Assembly (NCBI GenBank): GCA_903813345.2
Contig: CAIIXF020000001.1
Coordinates: forward strand, 49,352,001-49,416,000
Reading direction: 5' to 3'
DNA length: 64,000 bases
DNA from: Owenia fusiformis
Lineage: Eukaryota
In this document: one piece after another, positions 29,801 through 39,996 of the stretch
Numbering within the stretch: position 1 is the stretch's first letter
Layout: every line of letters starts with the position of its first letter
Translations under genes and position numbers: made by a program
The notes under the pieces: model-generated
What the model was told of the DNA's origin: nothing
What the model saw: only the letters and a program-made list of their open reading frames with translations
Databases searched by the model: none

Positions 29801-32800
29801 CCCCCCCTCTTTATACCCATTGGTGCAATTATATTATCTAAAACTGCGCAAAACTAGCAAAAGTGTATGACTATCATGGTGATATTTTCACCTAAGTCAC
29901 AAGCTTCAAGGAATGGCTCATTTGTTTTACCAATGTGTATACTTAAAATGTCCCAACATGTCTTAAAATGTTTCTAAACAAAGCAAAGTGAAAGACGTAG
30001 TGGTAGAGAAATGGATTCGATTGTAATTAATTAAAAAGCCATTTGTGGCAGTTTACTGTGGAGTTGAAGATGTGCTCTTGCAAAGTTATATTGAGCTAAC
30101 TAGGACTTTATTTTTTTAGATGGCATGGCATTAATAAAGATGTCATTTTTCAATACCTATAATATTACATCATTTAATATGTAGGATGTACAAGTTATCC
30201 ATTGTATATAAGTGAGAACATGTATATTTGAACTTTTAAAACTAAATTCATAATATTCTCAGTCTCAGATAAACATTTTATTTGAGCCCCAATAATGTTA
30301 AATTCAACGTTTCAGTCTACAGGTTACTACAGGTGCTAGGGCATGTTTGGTGCTAAAGTAAATTAGAAAAAGTTTTTTTGTTGTCACTTTTCATTATTCT
30401 TTCCAAAATGAAATGCTAAACATACAATTTATAGAAGTAAAAAACCAAGGAAAAGTCACAGGAGTTCCATTGATTATGGTTAGCGTATTTTTTAATCACA
30501 GGCAGGACAAAGACCAATCAGTGAGTGAGAATATGACAGTGATATAATATTAGTTATTCAGAATTTTGCTGATCCAAAACCTTTTAGCCTTGATTTTAAA
30601 ATACTCAGAGAAAGGCTATTTCTGATGATTATTAATTTTCAGATTATTCCAAATACAATTATTTGTCCTTGAATTTTAATTGAAAAAATTTCTATATTAG
30701 TTTTATGCCTGTAGTTTAGATTGTCTAGTATGATAATTATGACTTTGATCATTTCGATAATAATAGTCACTGAAAAGCTGAGGATAAATTGTCAGTTATT
30801 GTACCAATTATATAGATATTGGCAAACATTTTATTCAAAGATGCTCGCAATTGGTAAATCTTTAAATTGTTTAAATAAAGGAGATTATTTAATTATTTTG
30901 GAGAATTTAAATATTTTTCCACTTTTTTGCACTTTGAATCATAAATAACTTCACTAATTGATAACATATCACAGATCTTTTGGTAGATTTTATATTTTTA
31001 TATTTGAGCTTCTTTTGAATACATTGGTACATCAATTGTACATATTGTCTGCAATTTTGTCACTCCCTATAGATCTGATTCTACCTTTAAGATATTATAA
31101 ATGTCATCTTTTTTTACATGGTTTCAATATTCATCGTTTCTATCTCTTGACTCAGTGGAAAGGGATGATGGGTTAGTGAAAGAAAAATAATTTTTCTCTA
31201 TTTTGTAGAGCAATGATCATAATTAATTATCAAATTAAATATCATTAACATTACATTCCCAATAAAACAAGTTGCCATTAGGGATTCCATTAGAACTCAT
31301 ATGGTAAGATTAGGATCTTTTATTGCCACATTTTATTAAGGGGTTACCTTGTACCCCCCCCCCCTCCCCTTATACCCATTGGTGCAATTATCTTAATTTA
31401 TTAACTGAAACTGCAAAACTAGCAAAATTATATGCCAATTATGTTAATTTTGTAGACAATTGGTAGTGCAATACTTATTTGATAATATTAGCACTTATAA
31501 TACAGTTAGCAGATATTTTCACCTTAATGGCCTAGTCACATAGCCCGGCCGATGTCCGGCATCGGTAGAGCTCGGTGGATTTTTTTGGTGCCACCGAGCT
31601 CTCCTCATCGGAAGCAGAGCTCGGTGACGTGAACGGACTCCGTCCGGACATCTTCAGGTACTATACTTTCCAAGGCTCTGTCCCACATCGGCCGGAGCTC
31701 GGTCGGAGCTCGGCCGGTGTCCGTTAAAAAAACCTCGTCCTCTGGTTGTCTCAGATGCACGGGACACCGACCGATACTCGGCCGTGCTCCGGCCGACGTG
31801 TGTTCTGATGTGGTTACGATGGGGCTGCGATGAGGGAGCTCGGTGAGAGCCCGGTGAAATTTAACTCCGAAGTTAAAATTTCACCGAGCTGCCACCGATG
31901 CGGTTTTAAGCAACAAACGCCACGGATGTCCGGCCGGTGTCCGGCCGAGTTCGGCCGAGTTCGGTGAAAATTGCATCGCTGGCTCATCGGAACCTCATCG
32001 GCCGGGCTATGTGACTAGGCCATAATTCACATATCAAGTCGCATATACCCCAAATCATTTTTAAAAGTGTAAGTCACATCTACCCCATCAAGTCGCATTT
32101 ACCCCATGTTTATTACTCAGGTTGCGCCTACCCCAGTTTAGGTCACATCTACCCCATCTCAAGTCGCAAATACCCCGGTGGTGGGGTAGGCGTCCCTTGT
32201 CAGGTCACACCTACCCCGCCTGTCGTCCATCCGTCCGTTCGTCCGTCCGTCCGTCCGTTCTTCCGTCCGTCCGTTCGTGTGTCCGGGCAATAACTCAAAT
32301 ACCGGTTGACAGATTTCATTCAAATTTTATAGGCTTATGCCTTATGGGTGTAGGACCTCTGCTCGAGAAGGAATTTTCAATATGGCCGCTTAATTTAAAA
32401 TGGCGGCCATTTTTCGGAAAAAATATAATCTTTAATAACTCAAATACTAGTAAATGGATTTGGTTCTAATTTTATATACTGTTGCCTGGGTACAAAGGAA
32501 CCTTGCTCAAGAAGACATTTTCAAGATGGCTGCCAAATTTCAAAATGGCGGCCATTTTTCGTAAAAAACGTTATCTTTGATAACTCAAATACCATTGAAT
32601 GGATTTAGTTCAAATTTTAGATGCTGATGCTTAGGGACATAGGAGCTCTGCTCGAGAAAGGATTTTCAAGATGGCAGCTAAATTTCAAAATGGCAGCCAT
32701 TTTCTGTAAAAAACGTTATCTTTGATAACTCAAATACCATTGAATGGATTTGGTTTAAATTTTAGATGCTGATGCCTAGGGACATAGGAGCTCTGCTCGA

Positions 32801-35800
32801 GAAAGGATTTTCGTGATGGCAGCTAAATTTCAAAATGGCGGCCATTTTTCGTAAAAAAACATTATCTTTGATAACTCAATTACCATTGAATGGATTTGGT
32901 TCAAATTTTACATGATGATGCCTAGGGACACAGGAGCTCTGCTCGAGAAGGGATTTTCAAGGTGGTAACTAAATTTCAAAATGGCCGCCATTTTTCATAA
33001 AAGAACGTAACCTTTGATAACTCAAATACCAAATGACGGATTTGGTTCAAATTCTATATGCTGATGCCTAGAGACAAAGAAGTTCTGCTCAAAAATAAAT
33101 TTTCAAAATGGCCACTGAATTTCAAAATGACCGCCATTTTTCATAAAAAAACGTAATTAATGATAACTTAAATACCAGTGGATGGATTTGGTTCCAATTT
33201 TATTTGCTGATGTTTAGGGAAAAGGTAGATCTGCTTCAGAAGAAATTTCAAAGGCGTGAGCTGAATTTCAAAATGGCTGCCATTTTTCATTAAAAAAGTA
33301 ATCTTTGATAACCCAAATACCATTGGACGGACATTCTCTGCTAAAGAAGAAATCTAAAGATGACAGCTGAATTTCAAAATGGCAACCATGTTTCATAAAA
33401 ACATAATCTTTGATAACTCAAATACCAGTGGATGAATTTGGCTCAAATTTTTTATCAAAACATGTTTTGTTCGGTGGGATTTGCTACTCCGTGGAGTTGC
33501 TGTTTTTCTAGTTAATCATTTTATATTAAATGAAGGTGTGTGATGCACCTGTTATATTGTATTTCACTTACCCTAGTATTAGTGATATTGACTTTACCGT
33601 CTTCATGTTGGTTATAGGGAGGGTTTGTGGGTTTTTCGTCCTGCTTCAATGGAGTTCTTTTGGTAACTGACGTACAACTTGTCACCTGCTGTGCGTGACG
33701 TCACTGGTCACATGTTCTCTGATTGGGGACCGGTCAATCTTACCAGAGTTGACCTTACCTATATATTTATTGTACTAATAACCTATTCTCCCTGACAAAA
33801 CTGTTTATAATTTCATAAATCTAATTATGTTATAATTATTATATATCTGAGATGGAAAAAGAATGTAAATTTTGCATGAACAGCAAGGAATAAAGTTCTG
33901 GCATGTAATTTATAACCAACCCTTTGCAAGAGTTCAATGTTTCAACTGTCTCAAACTCTGAACATTTCTGATAAACCTCTGAAATCTCTGAGCCAATCAG
34001 AGCTGCCCATAACTTCGTTACAATTATGGATTGTAAATTCCTATTCTGTTTTAAAGCTTTTAACATACAATATATCACAGGTAGTAATCAATAGCACTAT
34101 CTTGCAAATTCCACACGATCTGGGTAAAAATCACACTCTTAGAGTAGAAATCAGATAAAGGTAGGTCATAAAACTGCAATTACAATTTACTGTAATTAAC
34201 CTATCTGTTTATGGTAAATTCAGTCGAATCACATATTTACCTACCCTATTCACCCATTGGTGATATCAGCTTATCTCAAGTTTCTTCATAAACTGGCACC
34301 CAGTTCAGATGTCAATTCGTGTGCAGTCTCACGAACAATCTAGGTTTTCTAAAACACACAGATGATGTGAAACATATTCCACTCGCTGAGTATACTAACA
34401 AGAATAAGCTAGGTTGATGAACTTCCGAGATAGATCCTTTGTTTTGAAAAATATTTACAAAGTCATACGACTTTTTACCAGGAATCTGTGGATTTTGCAT
34501 GAGAGTGCTGTTTGATTAGTACCTGTGTATATACTGTACATATTGTTATTTAATGAAAGTGTAGCATAATAGTATCTTGAGCAAAAATACAAAATGTTGA
34601 TTTGGAAAATAATCATGGAATAATGTTTTGTCTGTTTTGTGACTATATCCCTTTGTTGTAGACAGTTGATATATTTCAGGTACCTACTCAACCTTATACA
34701 ACCATCCAAAAACAATAGAGCTTCCCAAAAAGGTAAGAGCAATCTGAAATATTACATCATACAATTTTATATCACTACCAAGAAGATGTTAGATATTTTT
34801 TTAGCCACCATTTTTATGACCTGTATTCTGCATCAGCTGTCTGTTTTTGGAACCATCATACTGTATGTTTTTGGAACTGTCCTAATGTACGATTTGGGTG
34901 CAATTGTTGGCAGTCAGCCAGGTATGAGTTTTGAACCATGTAAGACGAAAAAGATTAACCAAAGGATGAGTCTGGGAATGAGTCTGGGTATCGACTTAGA
35001 AAATATTGAAAATTGTAATGTCTGAAAAACCAACTCAATCACACATATTATTAAACTTCAGTATCTTATCCTTCTTCTGGGAGTACAAAAATATCAATTT
35101 GTATCACAATTAATGAAGAATATTGGCATCAAAGACAGTGTATATCATTGTCAGAATTGAAACAAAATCAACGGCAAATATTAAATGAATTATTTATACA
35201 AAAGGTTTGAAACATATCCTCCAAAACATTGCTTACTTTCTTTGTATAGACATTGAATGGTATTTCTGGATAAGTGAATTGGTGTTTATCTGGGTAATCA
35301 AGGGATTATAGTCACTCAAAGTTACTGAACATCCAGTTTTGAGACTTCAATTGTGTTGGTGAAGTTACACATATTTCAGTCAAATTCATGCTGAGCACAA
35401 CATTGTGGTTTCAATTTTATAATCTCTATACATGACCCTGGTGATGAAGAGTCAGAATCAGTCAAAAAACCTAAACCGGAAAACTGTGCTCATTGTGAAA
35501 ACTAAAAGTGAAGCAACTTTTTTTCTGATATTTCTTACATCAAATGGCAGCCATCTTGTTTTTACCCCTTCAAATTAAACTGGCGGGAAATTCAAAAATT
35601 TGAAAAAAAATTTAATCATTAAATATATTTCAAAAGTATGATTTTCTTTTAAATTCTTCATGGGTCTTAATTTATTTCTTCTTTGTAAGTCATACATGTT
35701 GCCATTGGTGTTTTTTCTATGGTAATGACTATTTTTTTTCGTTAAGATACTTATATTCCGACTCTCAGCAGGGGGTTAATTATGCATCAAAACTCGTGAA

Positions 35801-36648
35801 AAAGTAAATATACTTATAAAATATAACTAGGACAGTAATAAAAAACACATTTCACATACATTTGACTGAGGGACCAAAAGGGCATATACCCGGACACATC
35901 CTTTTCAGGACAAGCCTATCAAGTTAACCAAGAGGATGAATATACCAGATGATGCCATACCAACTCGGGGTCTCACCAAGAGGCAGATAGAAGAGGAGAT
36001 GAAACAAGGAGATATGTTTGACAAGGCCAGTACCTATAGGCCTAAAGGCGAGACTCCTGAAGAGAGAAAGGCAAGGAAAGAGGCAATAAAAGCAGAGAGA
36101 AAAGTGAGGTTCTTTATATAACATCATGGGGTATATTATGGGTCACATATTTGATCCCAGATTTAGAATCATAGCACAATTACAATACTGTAAGCATTAA
36201 AAAAGATGTTCGAAGATGTTTGGAATAATTCCAAAAAATTTGAGTTATGTATTTTATAATTTTTTTTTTTTTTTATTATTCAGTACTAGTGTAACACAGG
36301 TTGGTGTGATTGTAACTCCGTAAAAACGTTCTTCAGATTTTCATCTTTATGTTAGAGGGTACCAAGTTGTTGGCTTTCTTGTTTCCTAGCATCCATTTTG
36401 AACTTTGTTTGATAAATCTCTTTTTTGGGGTTATATTCTGGTGAGAACCCTGAATCTTGTCATCACAATTCCAGGATAACCACTCATTGGATTTCATTCA
36501 AATTTATACACATGTGCCTTGTTTTCATTTTCAGGAAAGAAGAGTAGAACGAAAGATGAATAAAAATGCCTTCAAGGAAGAAAACAAAAGACAGCAAAAA
36601 GAAGTGATGAACTTAAAAAGAAATTTACAAGGCATAAATCTGACATAA
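2800..36648 (+). CDS. LTV1: LTV1 ribosome biogenesis factor (pre-40S), 10 coding exons: 2800-2802, 5147-5281, 5864-6034, 6453-6682, 6928-7177, 7622-7749, 9339-9472, 34680-34732, 35909-36103, 36535-36648; 1413 nt = 470 aa + stop
   Basis: All introns are GT-AG with consistent phases. The spliced protein has recognisable LTV1 motifs: MPGRKKRFIDKKNAVTFHLVHRSQRDPL, FGVFYDDDYDYMQHL, LPSSAFASE, DPDIVAALD, ETKSRFTAYSMTSSVVHRN, LLDDRFEK, WDCESILSTYSTLYNHP, ETPEERKARK..ERRVERK.NK.AFK.E. Confidence 0.95.
2972..3580 (+). mobile_element. Decayed non-LTR retrotransposon (CR1/L2-like) fragment with APE endonuclease remnants
   Basis: Frameshifted motifs DLIIGC..THLD, RKD...GAGGIL.AVK and IFLCGDFNLP, with an upstream C..C.LPNFS.S.F..NSF..L segment. 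Confidence 0.7.
3696..3917. mobile_element. Small MITE, TTAA-associated (Kolobok/piggyBac-like)
   Basis: TIRs ggtcagggtgcactttg / caaagtgaactctgacc; left flank ttaa, right flank tgaa. Confidence 0.55.
4912..5058. mobile_element. ~150-bp palindromic miniature element; related copy at about 15140-15290
   Basis: ttatataatggttc..ctgtatatc / gatatacag..gaaccattatataa with a central attcactcg..cttgtgaat hairpin. Confidence 0.65.
5147..5281 (+). CDS. LTV1: LTV1 exon 2
   Basis: tttcag|CCT...GTT|gtaagt; PGRKKRFIDKKNAVTFHLVHRSQRDPLQADEDASKHVLLPVEGDV. Confidence 0.95.
5864..6034 (+). CDS. LTV1: LTV1 exon 3
   Basis: gacag|GCC...AAG|gtattt; AKRKKEEERKFGVFYDDDYDYMQHLRD... Confidence 0.93.
6453..6682 (+). 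CDS. LTV1: LTV1 exon 4
   Basis: tttaag|GAA...AG|gtatgc; EKKLNLPSSAFASEVETDVGLLNKAAP..DWDPDIVAALDEDFDY. Confidence 0.92.
6928..7177 (+). CDS. LTV1: LTV1 exon 5
   Basis: gacag|A...AAG|gtttgt; acidic tract followed by ETKSRFTAYSMTSSVVHRNKGLTLLDDRFEK. Confidence 0.93.
7622..7749 (+). CDS. LTV1: LTV1 exon 6
   Basis: tttcag|TTG...AT|gtaagt; LYEEYDETEIGALDHEEIDG. Confidence 0.93.
7769..8709 (+). mobile_element. ~940-bp non-autonomous TIR element, copy 1
   Basis: Ends aaaggatgtgtccggg ... cccagactcatccttt; near-identical reverse-complement copy at 34960-35905. Confidence 0.85.
9339..9472 (+). CDS. LTV1: LTV1 exon 7
   Basis: atctag|T...A|gtaagt; ends KKEWDCESIL. Confidence 0.92.
12562..13017. repeat. 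Tandem duplication, ~230 bp x2
   Basis: gctgatctgagaagtcttaataaac...catcattgacgtcat starts at 12573 and again at 12803. Confidence 0.9.
13844..14052. mobile_element. 209-bp MITE with 16-bp TIR and 6-bp TSD
   Basis: caggcccgtagccagg ... cctggctacgggcctg, flanked by agcatg on both sides. Confidence 0.85.
15781..16001 (-). CDS. Terminal exon encoding two C2HC zinc fingers (nested antisense gene in LTV1 intron 7)
   Basis: ttttgttgtag| phase-1 acceptor; TSQKKKKQ..YKCKICKKNFPNLWTLGTHLKKC..YSCDKCGKEFKNLSGKNGHRSKC then stop; no disabling lesion. Confidence 0.7.
16195..16710. repeat. ~66-bp minisatellite with alternating A/B variants
   Basis: Unit ctgaccatctgtaacatactatgaacatatggtt.aatgactttatat.ctgct..., about 7-8 copies. 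Confidence 0.9.
16690..18080. repeat. 288-bp higher-order tandem repeat, about 4.8 copies
   Basis: Exact 288-bp period; each unit holds three ctgaccatctgt.acaacaacaat sub-repeats. Confidence 0.95.
16814..18046 (-). CDS. Five tandem 81-nt symmetric (phase 1-1) putative exons: 17966-18046, 17678-17758, 17390-17470, 17102-17182, 16814-16894
   Basis: Each copy is flanked by ttgttgttacag| and |gtaagt, encodes (N/D)GQSVPASSENSNPLAENPNTESSPTQ, and is in phase with the zinc-finger exon at 16001. Confidence 0.55.
22768..23921. mobile_element. Non-autonomous DNA transposon with ~300-bp TIRs
   Basis: 22768-~23070 is the near-perfect reverse complement of ~23620-23921 (tagctccgatt... / ...aatcggagcta). 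Confidence 0.85.
25677..26210. repeat. 84-bp minisatellite, about 6.3 copies (one truncated)
   Basis: Unit agatagagattatcatatatggggttcaggatattgggattatcccaaggctagtacgggagtttctccggaataggatagatt. Confidence 0.95.
26459..26910. mobile_element. hAT-like MITE
   Basis: TIR taggggtaccacga / tcgtggtaccccta, perfect 8-bp TSD atttttat, and subterminal cgata repeats. Confidence 0.88.
31528..32022. mobile_element. PIF/Harbinger-like MITE (GC-rich)
   Basis: 27-bp perfect TIR tggcctagtcacatagcccggccgatg; TAA TSD on both sides. Confidence 0.88.
32290..33450. repeat. ~146-bp satellite-like tandem array, about 8 copies, internal to the HINE element
   Basis: taactcaaatac anchors at about 32291, 32437, 32581, 32726, 32872, 33018, 33164 and 33309. 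Confidence 0.9.
34680..34732 (+). CDS. LTV1: LTV1 exon 8
   Basis: tttcag|GT...AAG|gtaaga; STYSTLYNHPKTIELPKK completes the conserved WDCESILSTYS.LYNHP motif. Confidence 0.93.
34960..35905 (-). mobile_element. ~940-bp non-autonomous TIR element, copy 2 (inverted relative to copy 1)
   Basis: Reverse complement of 7769-8709 over its full length, with scattered differences. Confidence 0.85.
35909..36103 (+). CDS. LTV1: LTV1 exon 9
   Basis: ttttcag|GAC...AAA|gtgagg; RPKGETPEERKARKEAIKAERK. Confidence 0.92.
36535..36648 (+). CDS. LTV1: LTV1 exon 10 (terminal)
   Basis: tttcag|GAA; ERRVERKMNKNAFKEENKRQQKE...TAA. Confidence 0.93.
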   Translation, partial: ERRVERKMNKNAFKEENKRQQKEVMNLKRNLQGINLT

Positions 36649-37215
36649 TTATTCATGTAAGAGATGCTATTTGAAGTACACGGGTATACATGTTCAGCTT
36701 GACACTAAACATGGTAGCTTAGTATATGTAACATGTGTCATTGTCTTAAAAGACTTACTATCTAATGAAAGACAACTTTCTGACAGGGGATGAATTCAAA
36801 TCATGTACTGACATTGTACCGTCTAGTCTGAGTAAGAGATACAAATACTGCACCATGTTATAGTGTTATACTCCAGCAGCATTGAAGACCGACAAGATTA
36901 CATAGCTTATCACGATGATACAATATTTATTGAACATATTGCACTGATGACCTGGCATGACCTGATTAAATGTTTCAATCGATAAGTTATGTAATACATG
37001 TTCTGTACTAGTACAGCAAAACTTGTCTTAGTGAAACACCTGTGTTTAGTGAACACCACTTTAAGAAGACACATTTTACATCGGCTCCTGTATAAAATCT
37101 TCTTTCTCTGTAGTAAACACCAAAATACAGTGATTATAAATTTTTCTGGCTCCATAGGTGTTCACTATATACAGGTTTTACTGTATACAGTATCTGGTTG
37201 CTGGCAATAACATTG

Positions 37216-37221
37216 AATAAA
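37216..37221 (+). terminator. Candidate polyadenylation signal of LTV1
   Basis: AATAAA about 570 nt after the stop codon, with a second copy about 25 nt downstream. Confidence 0.4.
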
Positions 37222-37843
37222 CGACAACCATGAATATTAATAAATATCAAAAATATGCATGTACGACAATGTTATGTGATCGGGAAACAAGATATTCCCA
37301 GATAATTTTAATGAACATTACTCCAAAATAGCAAAATCTCCATTCTCAAATTCCAGTCTATTTTAGGGACATGATTTTTTCAAAAAAATTGATGAGAACG
37401 AGATATAATGCCATCTGTCTAATCCTTATTTTCAATATAACTGTAGTTATTTCTATGAATAGAGGATTTTAGTGGATAAAATATTATTAATCAAATAAAT
37501 GCCAAAGTCTTGGCCACCCTATATGAATTTACTTCACTCCCAATAGTTGTTATACTTAGCTGTGACTGAAAACATATTCGTATTGATGAAACTGCACCTA
37601 TATATCAGAATGTTAGCAGTGTGACTGGGTGCATCATCATAGTGAAAAGATTTAGAGTTTGGCTGAATGGTTAAGTTTTATTTACTTACTAGAGCATAAT
37701 ACTCTTTGTTGATTTTCTGGCCCTCTGGTACAGCATTGGCTAGCAGGAGTGGAATTGTCTATGAAAACTAGGAACCTCAATTTTCCCTCATTACGTTTTA
37801 TAAAAGACATACATAAAGTTAACTTCTCAAGGATTATTATATA

Positions 37844-38921
37844 CAGGGTGTCCGGAAAGTAAAGATACAAATGCTCTAATTTCAATAGATTTACCTGTTG
37901 TGAGATGAAATTGCTACAGATTGTAGAATGACATTGTAACAATTTATCCTGCAAATATCATGACAAATAGTTTCAAAATAAAAAAGTTATGGTTGTTATG
38001 GTGACAGGAGTCGCGGGTATGTGGAGCAGCGTCACAATTATGTTTTATAAATCTTTTCTCCAGTTCATATCATCTTGACACTTTGTCATCTGTTGCTATT
38101 ATATATCAAATTATGTACCGCAGCAGCAAAAGGATTAGTACTGTAACATTATTTAGTCATTTGGCATTACTTCTGGTATCTGGTATTATGTATTTCCCAC
38201 CATTATCTTAACATTCTCTGATTCTTGGTGCATTTTGACTGGTGATTCCAAGATCTGACAAAACCGCCGCTGCCCATCTCTAAGATTGCTGCTAACATTG
38301 GTTTCCAGCCGAATCTCATTTTCATGTTGAACTTCTAAGAAATATTGCTTTAAGATATTCATTAATGTAGAAGTCCAACGGGACATTATCAGACCAAATA
38401 TTGACCATTGACAAAAAGGTTCAATGTTAAGACATTCAATTGTGAGATTTGTTTTCTTTGCTTTGTGAATTGGTGCATTTACTGTGGAGGTGGACTGTTG
38501 ACTCTTCTATTAATCCTGGGACCCTTTTCCTAAGCACATATACTTTTTCTTTGATTATACTGGTGACATTACATAGTTCTGATATGTATCAATGATATCA
38601 TTAATCTAAAGAGAATACTATGGCAGCAAGAATACAATATTGAACAAAACAAAACATTGATAGGAAATACCAAAATAAGCACTGTTTCAAATGGTTATAT
38701 TTTAGCAATTTATCGCAATTTAGTGATATCCTGGAACTGCTCCACATACCCTCACCACCGTAACCATGACAACCGTAACTTAAACACGTTTAGACTGTAT
38801 GTTATAAAAGTTGGCAGATGTATTGTAATATGGTTCCTCTACAATCTGTAGCAATTTCATTACAAGAAACCTAAATCTCTTAAAATTAGAGTGTTTGTAT
38901 CTTTACTTTCCGGACACCCTA
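37844..38921. mobile_element. Tc1/mariner-like non-autonomous element
   Basis: TA|cagggtgtccggaaagtaaagatacaaa ... tttgtatctttactttccggacacccta|TA, with imperfect TIR extension to about 200 bp. Confidence 0.82.
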
Positions 38922-39996
38922 TATATGTGCAATTTTATACAACTCTCGTCTAGCTCTATACAAATACCACATGACATAGAAGTGTTGCTAATATTTTCAT
39001 CCCACTCTAAAAAAATACTATCAAGTTGTGTCTCTTCGGTTGGTTCCATGGCCTTTTCCTAAACCGATTTCAGTTGATATCGGGCGTCTCACTATCTACA
39101 GGAGGGTATCAATTTCACCCATAGTTAATGTACATTTAATGTAATAGGTTATCCGACTCTTAATTTGATAGTATTCTCTGGGTTACAACTGTGTTTCTTT
39201 TCATCATGTTCATAGACACGTCGCAAGAAGGTCGCGCTTGTATTGTAAGCCACCACGTTCCGATGATTCTGGTACCAAAATGACGGCTCCGGCTGCCGGA
39301 GTTTTGTTGTTGATTTTATCTTTATTTGCTCCGGAACATATAAGAAGACAAATATCGATGTACTATTATATTCATAAAAAATATGATTGAAATGCGTTTT
39401 TGTCCAAAATGTGCAAATAAATCAATAACTGTGGAAATTCGTTCGTCCTGTACATTAAAACGATATTTCAAAATCTATTGAATTTCGAAAGTAAAGTTTT
39501 CCCAATTTGAACATTAAGATAGCTTTAAAATGATATATCATTTATCTTGAAACATCATCTAAAGCCTCAGTCAATTTGTTTTACAGCTTCACAAAATCGA
39601 TATAGAAAATTTACATCGTTCTGCTTATTCCTACATTTTATGCTGCATATTTCTCTCGATTTTGGGAAGCTACGCCCGCCGTACGATTGCTGTAGATCAA
39701 ATGTGAATTAAGGATATACCTATAAACACACATGAAAGACTTTTTTGCGACGTGTCAATGCAATATTGCAAAGCCACATTTATGAAGCTGTAGTGTTCTG
39801 GGTACTTGGGCTCTTTGTAGGCAAAAGTTAAGAGAAACACAACTAAGTAGGTTTGTTGTTGGCTATATAATATGATGACGTAATTTTATTATAAATTACA
39901 GAATGTTACATAACAATACTTTTGCCGATAGGGCTAACAACCGCCAATAGCTGACTACGGCAGCTAGCCCAAACAAAACCATGTAGTTGATGACAT

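Larger units (their letters stand above)
9761..33512 (+). mobile_element. Helentron/HINE (DINE-1-like) non-autonomous element termini enclosing ~23.7 kb
   Basis: 5' subterminal repeat atcccaccgaac (9763-9774) with an adjacent fold-back and ccgtccgtcc. (GTCC)n at 32222-32285 and a ~146-bp tandem array follow, then the exact reverse complement gttcggtgggat (33469-33480), a stem-loop (33483-33500) and CTAGT. Confidence 0.65.
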
